Origin: Bispira polyomma
Taxonomy: Eukaryota
Reading direction: 5' to 3'
Assembly (NCBI GenBank): GCA_965649765.1
Contig: OZ287751.1
Span: forward strand, 27,094,001 to 27,158,000
Length of the DNA stretch: 64,000 nt
The notes under the pieces were generated by a model. That model saw only the letters and a list, made by a program, of their open reading frames with translations, was not told the DNA's origin and did no database searches. Of the stretch, positions 12,681 through 25,527 are shown in pieces. Position 1 is the stretch's first letter. The number at the start of each line of letters is the position of its first letter. The translations under genes were made by a program, and so were the position numbers.

Positions 12681-15594
12681 CCTAAAGACGACGAGTAAAT
12701 TTGGATAGATTAAATTATGCTGATTGGTTTTCAGGGTTAAAAAAAGCTACAGGTTTGAGTTACTATATAGCAGCTACCTTTGTTTGTAAAAGATACTTTA
12801 TCAGCACCTGTCTGAATTACACTACTCTAGCAACATTAAAGTTCACTGGGAATAAAACTTTGGTTATTACCTGTATTTGTATTCAACTTTATCTGCCTTT
12901 ATTCATACTGGTAAGTAACTGGCATTCCCCTACTTGATGACAGAAACCTAAGGTTGATCATTTATCAACGTCCTAAAGAATCTTCAGCCTGTCACTGGAG
13001 ATATGACCCAATGACAGAGGATTTTAAGTGGTCATTTGAGCCACTAAGTCTCTGCTTGTACTTAGGGGCCGCATCGCTTGGATCAAACACAGGGTCCCAT
13101 ATACTTCTATGTCCTTACAATGAACTAATGGCTAATGGCATACATAGGTGAACATGTAATTTTAAGTCTATTAACCTTTACATTTTAAGTCGTGTTAAGT
13201 TAACAAATAACATTTTAAGTTGTGTTGAGTTAAAAAATTTACATTTTAAGTTGTGTTGAGTTTATAAAAAAAACATTACCATTTGTTTCAATAAATTCCA
13301 GTTAATTTTGAATTCAGTGACATTTCCAGCTTAAATCCCTGATTTCCCCGATACAGGATGAGACATTATATAGTATATGAGCTGAGTGACGTTATTTACA
13401 TCTGTACCCGGGACTATCCACACTGTAGCCAGTTTGCCCTCTGCTGTCAATGCGCAGCTGGTTACAGTAATTGAGTCATTCCCCCCAAAAAACTCGCTGT
13501 GGCAGAAATCACACCAGTGGAAGGTCTGCACTGGACTCCTGGCACTAAAACACTGCTACACCAGCCAACTGGATTTTGACATTCTCGTGGAGAAAAATAC
13601 TTTAGTAAACAGTCAACTAGCTCTCATAGAGTCCCCAATGGCTACCACCCTCTGAACTTAAGAGAATAACATTTACTTACACATTTATTGACAACATAAA
13701 TCAAAGAACCATTTTCTATCTCTATAAAAGTGTACAATAAAATTTTAAAAGGCTGTTCATCTTCTATAAAATTCTCTTTAAGTTTAGACTTAAATTAAGA
13801 ATGTATATCTATTTACTTAACTTTAAATTAAAGCCTTAATTAATGCAAGGTGGCCTTATGTCCTTTGTATTGCATATCTTAACTATATATAGATTTATTG
13901 AAAATACTTTATCCGCAAACTCTTGATACTGTCTTCACAACTTTAACTTCTAAATTCACTTAAACTGTTTGGGTGATACCTATGTTAAAATCAGGTGTTT
14001 CTTTTTAAAGAATGTACTGTCTGCTTTCTGGGCCACATTATTGAATGACTTTGTTTAATAAATTACTCAGTTCAAGTTTACATTGGTACATCATATTCAG
14101 TAACTTTAAAATACATATTACATTTATTCATCAAAATTATGATATAAAATAATATTTACATGAAATTGCATCGCCTTACTTTTATTTACCTTACCTTCGG
14201 CTCGAACCATTAATTTTAAAGAAACACCTGATTCTTGGCTATTCTGCACTTAATCTGACTTGTACCCTGAAAAACAGTACCTTATACTTGGAAGTGGGTG
14301 TTTTGATCAAATAAGTTATTCACCAAAGTTTTGAGATGTCTAGGTGTGTGAGCTAAACCATACACCCCCCAGAAGCAGCCCCCCCCCCCCACAATAATTA
14401 AGACATTTTGTTAAAAGCCTTCTACAAAGCATAGTCTATTAGTGGTGTATTTATAAACTGCAGCATGCCAATAGTTTAATGAGGGACATCCTTCATCAAG
14501 ATAGAATGGGCCCATGTCATGGATTAGTAATTATCTACAATTAGTGTCCATTATGAGATTTATTTCTGCATTAACCCACATTGGTTGATGCCACAGTAAT
14601 AGTTGTGATGCACATGAAGTGGACTCTTACCTCAGAAATAATTAAGGACTATTAACTACAGTTTGCTCGAGTTGAAGTCAGATAAGGTGAAAGTGGAATA
14701 TGGCAAGCAGATGAGTAGAATAAGAACACAGAACAAAACATATGTTTAAAAAACTCTTTTGGGTTGTTTATTTATAATACCGACCATATTTAAACACATT
14801 TATGAGTACATTGCCTTAACCTTAGTCTAAGGTGACCCTAATGTGTATTGAATGTGTGTCTCTGCACTGTGAGATCACCTGTTTCTGTGACATGTTTTCC
14901 ATTTATAAGGATAGCTTAATTAATTGATACTTTCTGTGCAAGTAACCCTAATTTCTTCAAGGCTTATGTTTGTAAAATGTTACTATGAATATATGTAAAT
15001 TTTGTAGTGCATATGATAAAAATGCCAGGACCACGGGTGCATTGGCAGCCCTGACCAGCAAACGTGTGTTAGGACCCAACATCTACGGCACTGATTCGCC
15101 TAGCAGTAGGGGGCTTATGCCCCCCAGCGCCCCACCTTTGCAGCCCGCACACAAGGAGGCGATTAGGAGACAAGGACTATTACCTAAATGAGACCAGCAA
15201 ATAGTGGTAGACTTATATATGTAGCCATTCATTTGGTGATGTATCACTTGATTGAGGTCCAATAGTAGGCTAAATTCACTGGACAGGGCGTGGCGGCCAT
15301 ATTAAAAGAAGATCTTGCTACTATCACAAGCAACAGGGTTGATAGCATCGTCCTTATACGGTTTAGCATTATATGTATTCATCTGTCAAATCCAACATGG
15401 CCGCGCCCTGGAATTCTAGAACTTGTTACAGACTTGTGTAACAGTCTTAAGGTGTTTTCATTGAGTAGTATATAGTCACATGGCCTGTAACAAAACTGAA
15501 TGTTAATACGAATATTTACTTTGTGCATAATATCACTCAAAATTAAATATAGGCTTTACACAAGTGAAACTATATAATATGATAGATTTTTATG

Positions 15595-16560
15595 CGTCTA
15601 ATTGATGCCAGGCATCTTCTAAAGTGCGACATCATTGACATAGTTGTTTATAAAGCAAATTCGTGATTGGGTTGAGGTTGAAGAGAAAGGTTACTGCTAA
15701 AGCCAGAGAGGGTTTCTTGGGATCGTATATTGTTGGTAAATTATTCCATGGGGTAGGTACTGTAACAGAGAAGGCATAGGATCCAATCTGTTTACTAGTC
15801 CTGGTATCAGAGACTGAAATTCTGTTTCCCCTGGTAAGTCTGCTGAAAGACAACAATGAGGCAAGATATGGGGGCTGACGTAGTTTTACAGCGTTGTATG
15901 TAGTAACATTGGTCTTGGAAATGATACGGTACTTGACGGGTAGTTAATGTGGCCTTTTGAGAAAAGGAGTCGTACTGACGTGTGATCCCACACGGCACAC
16001 ATCTCTGCAGAGGGGCTTCTGAATTGATTGTAGTCTTTGCAGCTGGTACTTCTTTAGTCCAAGAAGTAGATAATTGCAGTAATCCAATAGGCTGCTTACG
16101 AGTGCAACTATTGCGGTTTGATGGTATAGGAGTTTTCTAATACTCTTGAAGTCACGAATTTAGAGGTAACAAGATCAACGTATATTAAAGATATGATCAT
16201 TAAAGGAAAAGTGGGAGTCAAAAGTGACACCTAAATTATTTATTTTATCCGCTGGAAGTACGTCATTGCCAAGTAGATTAATAGGAAACAGTGATTTAAG
16301 TTTATTCCTGTCTGTTTTTAGTGCCAATTAGTATAAATTTTGTTTTGTCAGGATTGAGTGTTAGTTTCTTGACTCCATCCGGCAAGGATGCTGAGCTGAT
16401 CTTGTGCATTGTTTGCTGTTAATGATAGGTACATTTGGGTGTCATCGGCATACATGTGATGTTTGATATTGAGTTTATTTATAATAAAACACAGGGGAAA
16501 GGTGTCAATAATAAATAAAGGGGGCCCCAAGATGGATCACTGGGGGACTCCAAAAGGTAA
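15595..16560 (-). mobile_element. L2-type LINE 3' fragment
   Basis: FGVPQ*S(I)LGPPLF...HHMYADDTQMYLS (RT YADD motif), SRLDYCN-like region, GSYAFSVTVPTPWNNLP, conserved 3' hairpin. Confidence 0.9.
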
Positions 16561-16979
16561 GTTAAAAGGAATAGACTATCTGTATAAGTATGCCTAAATT
16601 GGACCAATTTTGGGCTGCAATAATTTAACTCTTTAACTTCAATTTGCAAAATACTTGAAAAGCTATATCCATAGATTTAATTTGGGCAGTATATTAATCA
16701 AAATAGAACATAGGATTTAAAACAAGTGGAACTATCAATATGTAAGTATGCCTAAATGGCACCAATTGTTGGTCCAAAACAAAACTTGTATTCTAAAAGC
16801 TGTATTCTTCTGACTATCACTTTGTCCCGATTCCTTCAGTAGTCTAGTTCTAAATGGTGAATAAATAAATTCATATTGTAATAAAACCTAAGAATAATAA
16901 AACACAATTTTTACGATCTATATCTATTTTATTCAAAAATTGATCCCTTGGTATGTTAGTTATTGTTTTTACTTCTATA

Positions 16980-17075
16980 GTGCCACAATCAATGACCTGA
17001 CTCTTCTGTGGTGCACATCCCGATCAGTATGTAAAAGAATAATCCATAGTAGAAAGGGTTTGTGATCAGAGTTGA
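16980..17075 (-). mobile_element. 3'-end fragment of the L2 family seen at 3023-4499
   Basis: TGCCACAATCAATGACC...CTGTGGTGCACATCC...TGATCAGAGTT matches 3050-3146. Confidence 0.75.
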
Positions 17076-17231
17076 CACACTTTATGTTATGTAAAAAATG
17101 TCTTCTATTTTACCAATTTATTCGCCTGACCCTCCCGAGTATCCGAATCTCCCGTTTATTCGACTAAAGGTCATGTCTGCGGCAGCATTCAGATAAATGG
17201 ATTTCTTCTCTAGTAGTTTTTGCAGAAGTAT

Positions 17232-17369
17232 AAACTATAAACTTCTTTAGATATATTTTTATATATATATATATACATGTGTATATATCTAGGTTATCAA
17301 ACTATAAACTTCTTTATATATATGTATATATATATATATATATACATGTGTGTATATCTAGGTTATCAA
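17232..17369. repeat. Two-copy duplication (~68 bp) containing (TA)n
   Basis: AAACTATAAACTTCTTTA...(TA)n CATGTGT...CTAGGTTATCAA occurs twice. Confidence 0.85.
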
Positions 17370-18289
17370 TTTTGTGCTAAGATGTAAATTTCCGGCTAGT
17401 ATGTGTTTTACCTGAGCACCAATTCCATCTAACGATGGATTGTCCTATTGATAGCCCTGTCATTTCCTTAGTAAACACTATCATGAAAAAAGGCTACTCA
17501 TATACCAAGTAATTAATACCCCTCTAGTAAAACACAAGAGTGTTTTGTTTTTATATGTAATGTATACATGTATATACAGTCCAGAGGGAGAGGAATTTTC
17601 AGGTGCATCTATGTTTGTAATAGATAAATCATTGCTGACTTCAGCTGATAATGGGCTTGATATGTGGCTTGAATAAATTACTTACTACAGATCAAATGAG
17701 AAGTGATAACAGTTCATATTGTTCACATTTATGTAATGTGATGTGAGAAACAATACATACAGTTGATCTTGTTTACAACAGAGTTTGTAAATAGAAGGTC
17801 ACTCAGTAGACTGCATACCTCCACGAAAGTGTCGCAGTACAAACAAAGTGAAAATAATTCTTTGATCTAGATATTCTCTACAATTTACTTGATTTTCCCC
17901 ATGTCCCGTCACTAAATTTCATGTAAATCGGTTCAGTGGTGTTTGTGTATTCCTAGTGACAAACAAACAGATGAACCAACAGATATAAGTGAAAATATTT
18001 TAAAAACACCTGTGTTGATGCGAGTAAACCAACTAACAAACATAATGAAAACATAACCTCTGTGGCACTTGTAAAAAATAATCGTAATGCTAGTACTATA
18101 TTTACGATCTAGTTTAAAAACTGACGTAAAGTTAACAATACATTACGATATGGCTACATCCTCATGTCATGCTGGCAAAATGAACACCTCACAGATAATG
18201 CTTGAAATTCTGGTAATAAGTAAAATAGTTCCCATGTATAGTTTTTGAGTAACTTTGTTGCAATGAGATGGATTAAAATGGGACTTTAC

Positions 18290-18915
18290 TATTGTGAAAG
18301 CAAAAGAATCAGAAATCACTTGTCATTGAATACTGCTATGATTGTTGCTCATACTCTTGTAAGTAGCCACCTTGATTACTGCAATTCTCTTTTGTTTAGG
18401 GTAAATAAGTCTCGCATTAAAAAGTTACAGACCATTCAAAACTATATATGTGGAGTAATATTTTACATGGGCATTCGAACCAATGTCATTCCCTACCTCA
18501 AACAATTGCATTAGCTTTCCATTTATTATAGGATTTTGTTTTAAATTCATGGCACAACTTTCAAATCTGTTGTCTCTGAACAGTTTTCCTACATTGCTAC
18601 TCATCATTCTTTCAGTAACCTTAAAAGAGGAAATATACTCTCTGCTTCTTCTGTAAAAACCAAAGAGGACTGAATATAGATCTTTCTCAATAGCTGTTAT
18701 GGATTGGTCTACCAGTTCAGCTTAGATTACTGGAAACACTGTCTGGGTTTATGACAAATCTATTTTTTCAAACTCATTTAACCTCGTTAATTCCCTCTAT
18801 GTACAGCCCCACATCCTTCCATGAGACTGATGTCTTAGGACTTCACGATTGTTTTATTGATTTGGTTGTTGCACTTTAGATGATGCCTTGCATCTATAAA
18901 GTGCAATAAAATACG
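18290..18915 (+). mobile_element. L2-type LINE 3' fragment
   Basis: KRIRNHLSLNTAMIVAHTLVSSHLDYCNSLLF...KKLQTIQN...PYLKQLH*; 3' hairpin GATGCCTTGCATC. Confidence 0.9.
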
Positions 18916-21722
18916 TAATATATTACAATACAATATAGAAACAAGTTTAGAATTTTATACCAATGACTTATCAATCGGGCATAATCTGACTACTTTTTTA
19001 AATTTATTTGAATGGTTTGTACTATAATTATAATGGCACAGTTAGAATCAAATGAGAGACAGTGTGAGTAAGCAATATCAGTGTAAAAGCACACTAAAAA
19101 TACAACACAGCAAATATCAGGACAAACACAAAGATGCACACAATGCACTTTTGATAGGCAAATACTACAGGTCTTGATCGTGCAGTTCTCAGACTAGGGG
19201 GATTTATTCAGCTTGAGAGACAATGACCTTTAATAATAAAACTATGTGGTTTAAAGATCTATTGTCTCTGTACAGCAATACAGCTTTATATAAACTCTTT
19301 TTTCAATTTTAAGAATAAACTTGTAAAATATATCCACAAAAAAAATTGCGGCCAAAGTGAGTGCCACTAGCCAAAAAAAAAACTCTTCATATCAAATACT
19401 TACTAATAAGTGCCCATGCCCAAATGGTAACTTAAAATATTCTTTATTTTTAATAAAAAAAAAATGTGAAGATTTTTTTGTTAGAAATGGGGTTCTCACA
19501 TATATTTCAATGATTTCTAATGACAATTTAAGTTATATTACTCATTATTTTCACTATAACAATGACTTCATATTTCAGTTTATGTTTATTATATTAGGAA
19601 AAGCGCCAAACTGATAACTATTTTTGCATTTGCATACATATGAACCCCATTGACATTGCCTTCACTGATTGATAGATGGCTAAGTGGGAATTTCAAGATT
19701 ACTCTGGATCAACAGGGTTTGTAGTTAGAGGTTGGAGGCAAGGGAAAAAAATCAAAGTGTGAGGGGAAGCAGGAAACAAAGGTAATTCTTCTTAGGGGAA
19801 ATTAACCATTGCCCTTCTGTGACTTTGGGCTATAAATAATGCCAAGTTGTTTCGGAACTCATGCCTCTTTTGTTCATTCTGATTAAAGTCCTGTTTTATG
19901 AGTGTGTGTGTGCTACTAACTTACAAAACTATGCAATACTAAAACAGGGTCAATATATAAAATATAAAATTGACTAAGTCAGTTGTAATGTTTGTTGGTA
20001 AGACATATACGTTTATGGTAGTTCGAGTATTTCTTAAAAGTGGTAATATGTTTATATGGCTTATCAGAAGATTTTTGCAAAAATATTTTTTTTTTTAATT
20101 ACTTGTTTGTGTGATACATATTGTTTTCAACACATGCCTCTTTTTATAGAATGTACTGTTTGTCAACCATTGTATGAAAGCTTAATTCATACACTATTAC
20201 ACTAAATGCAACAAAGTGATATCCAAAATTTTTATTGTTTAATAAATTATTGTGGTTCGATTGCTGCACACCTGTCAACTAATTAATAATCTTATATTAT
20301 CGCAAAAAATTGGGATTTTTTGATAAATTACTGTGCTTTAATTGTTTCACAGCTATGAACTAATTCATGATCTCTTATAGATCCAAATACTGTGGCCTCC
20401 AGGGTGATGGCCGGCTTCATTACCAAAGCAACCAGATCAATATTTCATAACCAATATTAAGTAAAAAATATATGCTACTCCTTTAGTCCCTTTCACTGTC
20501 AAGCTCTTCTTATATACATCTTCGTTTAAAAAAGTTTTAATTAACAAGGACTTTGCCCTGACATGTTTCTAAAATTGTATAACTTAACTTAAGCAGTTTT
20601 ATAGAGGGGTCCACTAAGACCACTTCTCTGTTGTTTAAAATGACTGTCATATCCCATTTCCGTGCTGTCAAATCAGTGCATATCTATAAACATAGGCAGT
20701 TAAGTTTACATTGGTACATCATAAATTTATGTTGGCTTTATTCATGAAAATCGTTAAATAAAATTATATTAACATATAATTTTATCGCCTTACCTTTATT
20801 CGTTACTGTCACCTTAGGTTTAAGCAGTTTAAGCCTTCGGCTTGGACAATTAATTTTAGAGAAACTCCTGCTTCACGACAATTCCCCTACACATAGAATT
20901 CAAATCATTGAAAAGAATCTCTTCTGTAGTTGATACTATTTACATGAGTTGTAGTCCCCTTTGTAATTTTGCAATTAAGCACTATTACTAAGTGGCATTG
21001 AGGCAATTATGGTGCTTTGTTATTGCTGAGTTTCATGACAGATAGCAACCTACTTTATATGGTCTATTCTTGATACAGTGAGCTCTGTTATTAGAACTGT
21101 ATTCTAAACAAGAGTATGTGAAGACAATTGTGTGTTCATTAATGAAGAAGGTGTAATTTGTCACATGGCAAGTATCATCAATGTTGACACTTTTTAGGGT
21201 ATATATTGTTGACTCATCGCCAAAGCAAACTCGGCCACAGTCTGGCCAACTCAGCACCAATTCTAGTTGGCACACTGGTCACCACTGATTTATAAATTAA
21301 CTTACATAAAATTTTATGTCAGTCAGAAACATCAGTAACTTTACATGAATCGACTTTCACAACATTCCGCTCGGACCATTAATTTTAAAGAAACACCTGA
21401 TTCTTGGCTATTCTCCTACACGTAATTTCTAATTGCACAAGATGGCAGTCCATATAATGTTAATGTTATAAACTTCTATAGCACCACAACTCAGGCATTC
21501 ATTCTCTGGAGGTGAATATCCCCAATCATGTTCTAATAAAGAGTAGTCTGGTGGAATAAAAGGTTTCTCATCGATTGGTCCAGTCACAATCACAGATATA
21601 TTATAGAAAAAACACCAAGTAGATGGAGAAAGGGGTTTTAAGAGGGATGTTTTAAAACAAAACCAGGAATCTTTGTTTCGGCTGTTTATTGCCAGTCTAT
21701 TCGGAATGTGCTCAGACTCTAA

Positions 21723-22271
21723 TGCCGTGGTCACACTGAGCTTACATTTAGCTTACCCACAAAAAATGCCGAACGTAAGGTAAAACGTAGTGAACGGAAG
21801 TAAAACATAGTAAACATTTATGTTTTTTGCCATTTGCTGCAAAACTTTCAGGAAACGGGTGGTGCATTCGCAGAAAAGTATCAAAACTTATATAATACGT
21901 ATTTGACATGAACAACAGGAGTAAAACCAACTATACCTACACATAATATTAGGGACGAGGAGAACGAGAGCGAAACAGGTTTACAAACATTAAAAACTAA
22001 ACTGAAAAGGGGTTTAGAAGCGTGATAACGAGGCTAAAACATGGCCAACAAGGCTCACGTATTATTAAAAGGTGTCTAACGAGTTAAACATAATGAAAAT
22101 GGCTAATAAAACATATTGAATGTGTGTACAAACGTGTACAGATGAGTACTGAACGAGTACAAAACAGCCCATATATTTGATTTTTGCTATGTTTCCCCAT
22201 TTTTCCATGGTTTTTAACTTCGTTTTTCTTCCTGTTACGAAAATGCGAAAGTACTCAGTGTGACCACGGGA
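21723..22271. mobile_element. PIF/Harbinger-type MITE
   Basis: TIRs TGCCGTGGTCACACTGAG / CTCAGTGTGACCACGGGA, flanked by TAA and TTA. Confidence 0.8.
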
Positions 22272-23416
22272 TTAAAGATATGAAAAAGTTGGAATAATGA
22301 TTCCCTCTCGTGAGAATGCTGAAATATATCACGGAGGAAATTGAAAACATTTAATTAAAATTTTACACAGAACTCGATTGGCAGTGAACCAGTGGAGCTT
22401 TTATAAATGTGAGCCAAGACCGACTTGAAGTTCAATTCCTCAGAGATTGATGTAGATTTTTGCAGCTTTTGATAAAGTCCCTGTCTGATACCATGCAATA
22501 TAGAATTGTAATAGTCAAGTGTTCATGCGAGGCATTCAAAACTGCAATTGTATTTTTACATGGTCACATACTTATCAGCGCATACAAGTACTCTGTTATT
22601 GAGTCTTATGCCCAGTGTTGATAAATGGTTTCCTCATATATTTCTGCCGGCTGTAAGCTTCAGTAAATTGACACAGAATATATAACCAGGTGTTAAGGGT
22701 AACACTCCAGAGCAACAAGTGAGTCTGTCATCAATAACCTCATCTAAATTAAGGTTTTGTAATCAGAAGTGCTGCCATGTTGGCACAGGTGGTAACCTAG
22801 TCAATTCTGTCATTGTGACAGTGGCATCCTAGATATAGCAGATACATAGTGACTATGACTTGTAAGAACCATATTTTGGTCTCGGTCTAAGAATGATTCC
22901 AACTGGCAGGTCAAACAATACTGGGTTCATTGATAAATGATGCCATTTTTCAGCCTCTTTCTTTAGGTTGAAGAGAGACAGTTACTGTTGCTGGTTGGCT
23001 GTACTTGTGCACATAAAAAGGGGTGGCACCTCAAGGATACCACAGCTACAATATACCTGGGGGTTTCCCTGCCAGATCTGTGATCGTTTGCATGTATACC
23101 GCAGCAATGGTGTGTTAGGTATTTTTTTCCAGCTAAAAGTTGTACTTATATACACCTTAGGAGATACTTTGTCATAAATTTGGTCATACATAAGTTTTAA
23201 TCAATAAGCCATTTATATTATTTTATATGATCAAAACCTGGTTGCTGTAAAAAAGAATGTACTCTTCCCATTTTCACAATATACCGGCATCTTAGATCTA
23301 TGATTATAACACTTCTATAAATATAAGATTTCCAGAATATAATTTGAATAGTTGTCCCTTAGAATCTCCTAAGACAGACATTGAAACTCTACTCTGATTG
23401 TGTTTTATTACATTAA

Positions 23417-24990
23417 AGGGGCTGTCCCACCATGCCGATTATAGCTCCCGACCATCCTGATTATACAATCGGTATATAATTGGGACAATCTTCGGGACAA
23501 TGGGTGAGTTGTCCCGATTTATCGTCGTCACTCAGGACAATCTTGGTCACTTGTCCCAATTAACTAAGACGTTTGAAAACCTCTGCGACTGGCTGACTTT
23601 CATCTGATAGATTAGGGTCAATCGAGGTCAATTGTCAGCTGCCAACAAGTTATCTTTACCTTAAAAAGACGCAACTGTTCAATCAGGATCTAAATCGGGA
23701 ATAAATTTAGCCATCATGATAAGGATTTATTGTCCCATCCATCCCGATGGGTCGGGGGCATTATGAGTCATTGTCCACTTCTCCCGAGTTATCCTGTCAG
23801 ATGTTAACAATCGATTGTAAGAAATGGCCTGATTCTAAAGATAGCTCAGGAATGTCATAAGGATAGGTCTTTACCAAGCTCCCGATTCTAAAGATAACTC
23901 GGGAAAAGTGACCAATAGATCTTTAGGAAGCCCCGAGTGTAAAGATAGCTCGGAAAGACCAACGATAGGTCAGGTGGAATAAAGAATAACTCAGGAGTGA
24001 AACCGATAACTCAGGCGCAAATATTTGATTAATCGAGGGCGGAAAGCGGATTGTAGAGAAGGTGGACGAGTCACTCTTCTTACAACAGATTCATCCCAGC
24101 TTTCAGAGAGGACAGATCAATTGGCAATATTTTAAGAAATATTAGTATAGATGATTATAACAGGGATAACAGAAACTCAACAGTCCGCGATAGAAAGTGA
24201 CACCCCAGAACTTTTTTCCCAGAGCCACGATACCCAGGATATTTGGGAAACACAGGATACACTGGACAGGGAGGTGGCGGCCGACCCCAGTCGCAAACAC
24301 GGGAAGGGAATAATAAGGACTGTGTTGTTAGCTGATAAGCAGGAGGCTGTAGTGGACTTCCTGAAGAACTGTGAGTGGCTCTACAATAAGCACGATTCAC
24401 AGTATAAAGACACTCAGAAGAAAAACATGCTGTGGAAGGAGTACTGCACGGCCACTGGATTAGATAAGACAGAAGTTATGAAGTGGTTCCATACCTAGAG
24501 GACTATCTTCGGCAAGCTGAGTATGGGCTAGTCTGGGTAAGCTGCCATCGAGTTGACCGAGTGACAGCAATGGGTGAAGACCAGCTTCGACTTCCTTAAG
24601 CTGCATATAAAGTGCCAGCTTAACAAGTCTGCCGGCTTCAAGCCTATCGCATCAGCTTCTCAGGGGGCTGCTCCTTGTAAATGTCCAACACCAGGGGTGT
24701 CTCACTCTGATACATATCAGGGTGAGATGGAGTCATCCCTCAATGTGGCCTCATCCAAAACTTCAACAGCCTTCGAATCCTCTACCCTATCCAGGAGTGA
24801 CAGTTCAGCATTTAATTTTGCGATTGAGAGGATGGAAGAGAAAATAACAGGAATCCTGAAGGAGGCCAAGAAACCCCAAGATGAAGGACCACGAGGAGCT
24901 TTCTTGAACTGGTTAGCCATGGAGGCTGGGAAACTGCTAGAACATTCCTTCCTGAAGTTTAGGAAGGAGTCCTTCAACGTAATAACCACA
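23417..24990 (+). mobile_element. PIF/Harbinger remnant carrying a MADF (Myb/SANT-like) DNA-binding pseudo-ORF
   Basis: TAA then GGGGCTGTCCCACC terminus; subterminal CCCGA/TCGGG repeats; 24151-24960 encodes EAVVDFLKNCEWLYNKHDSQYKDTQKKNMLW...VMKWFHT*RTIFGKL (MADF-like) with stops. Confidence 0.8.
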
Positions 24991-25319
24991 CTCCAGTTTA
25001 TTGGTTTACATTTTCCAACACATTCCCAGTACTTGCCTTTAATATTTGATGGCATCCCTGTGGAAGCTCAGTTACATAAAATATTTTTCAAATTCATAAA
25101 GTGTCTCTTAGAGAGTGGAAATCATATTTTTGGTTATGTGGAAAACTGACTATGACTGATAGTAAATATGAAGTATCAAGATCTCTTTTATATCTGTTGT
25201 ATCCTTATAAAATTCCCTTTGATCATGTGAATTTCTGTGATATTCTCAGAAAAGTTCCTACCGACGGCAAAAGTTATTACATTGTTAACATTCAAAATAT
25301 CCAGCTTCTGCTTATCATG

Positions 25320-25527
25320 AGAGATAATGTGCTAAATCTTAATGAATGCCAATCTAAACACTTGTACATTTACAAAAGATGATTATCGATACGTTTCATA
25401 CATTTTCTTCTTTGGGGTTGTTTGGGAGATAATTTGCTTAATCCTAATGAATGCCAATCTAAATACTTGTACATTTACAAAGATGATTATCGATACATTG
25501 TTAACATTTTCTTCTTCGGGTTTGTTT
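25320..25527. repeat. Two-copy tandem duplication, ~105 bp
   Basis: GAGATAAT...TAATGAATGCCAATCTAAA.ACTTGTACATTTACAAA...CATTTTCTTCTT occurs twice. Confidence 0.85.

Noticed and set aside
19826-19840. GGCTATAAATA TATA box
   Set aside because: No downstream gene or exon could be linked to it.
22967-23118. Plus-strand exon-like segment (TTTAG...AG|GT) as a possible TMEM41B or other exon
   Set aside because: Its one open frame shows no similarity to TMEM41B or any protein I recognise.
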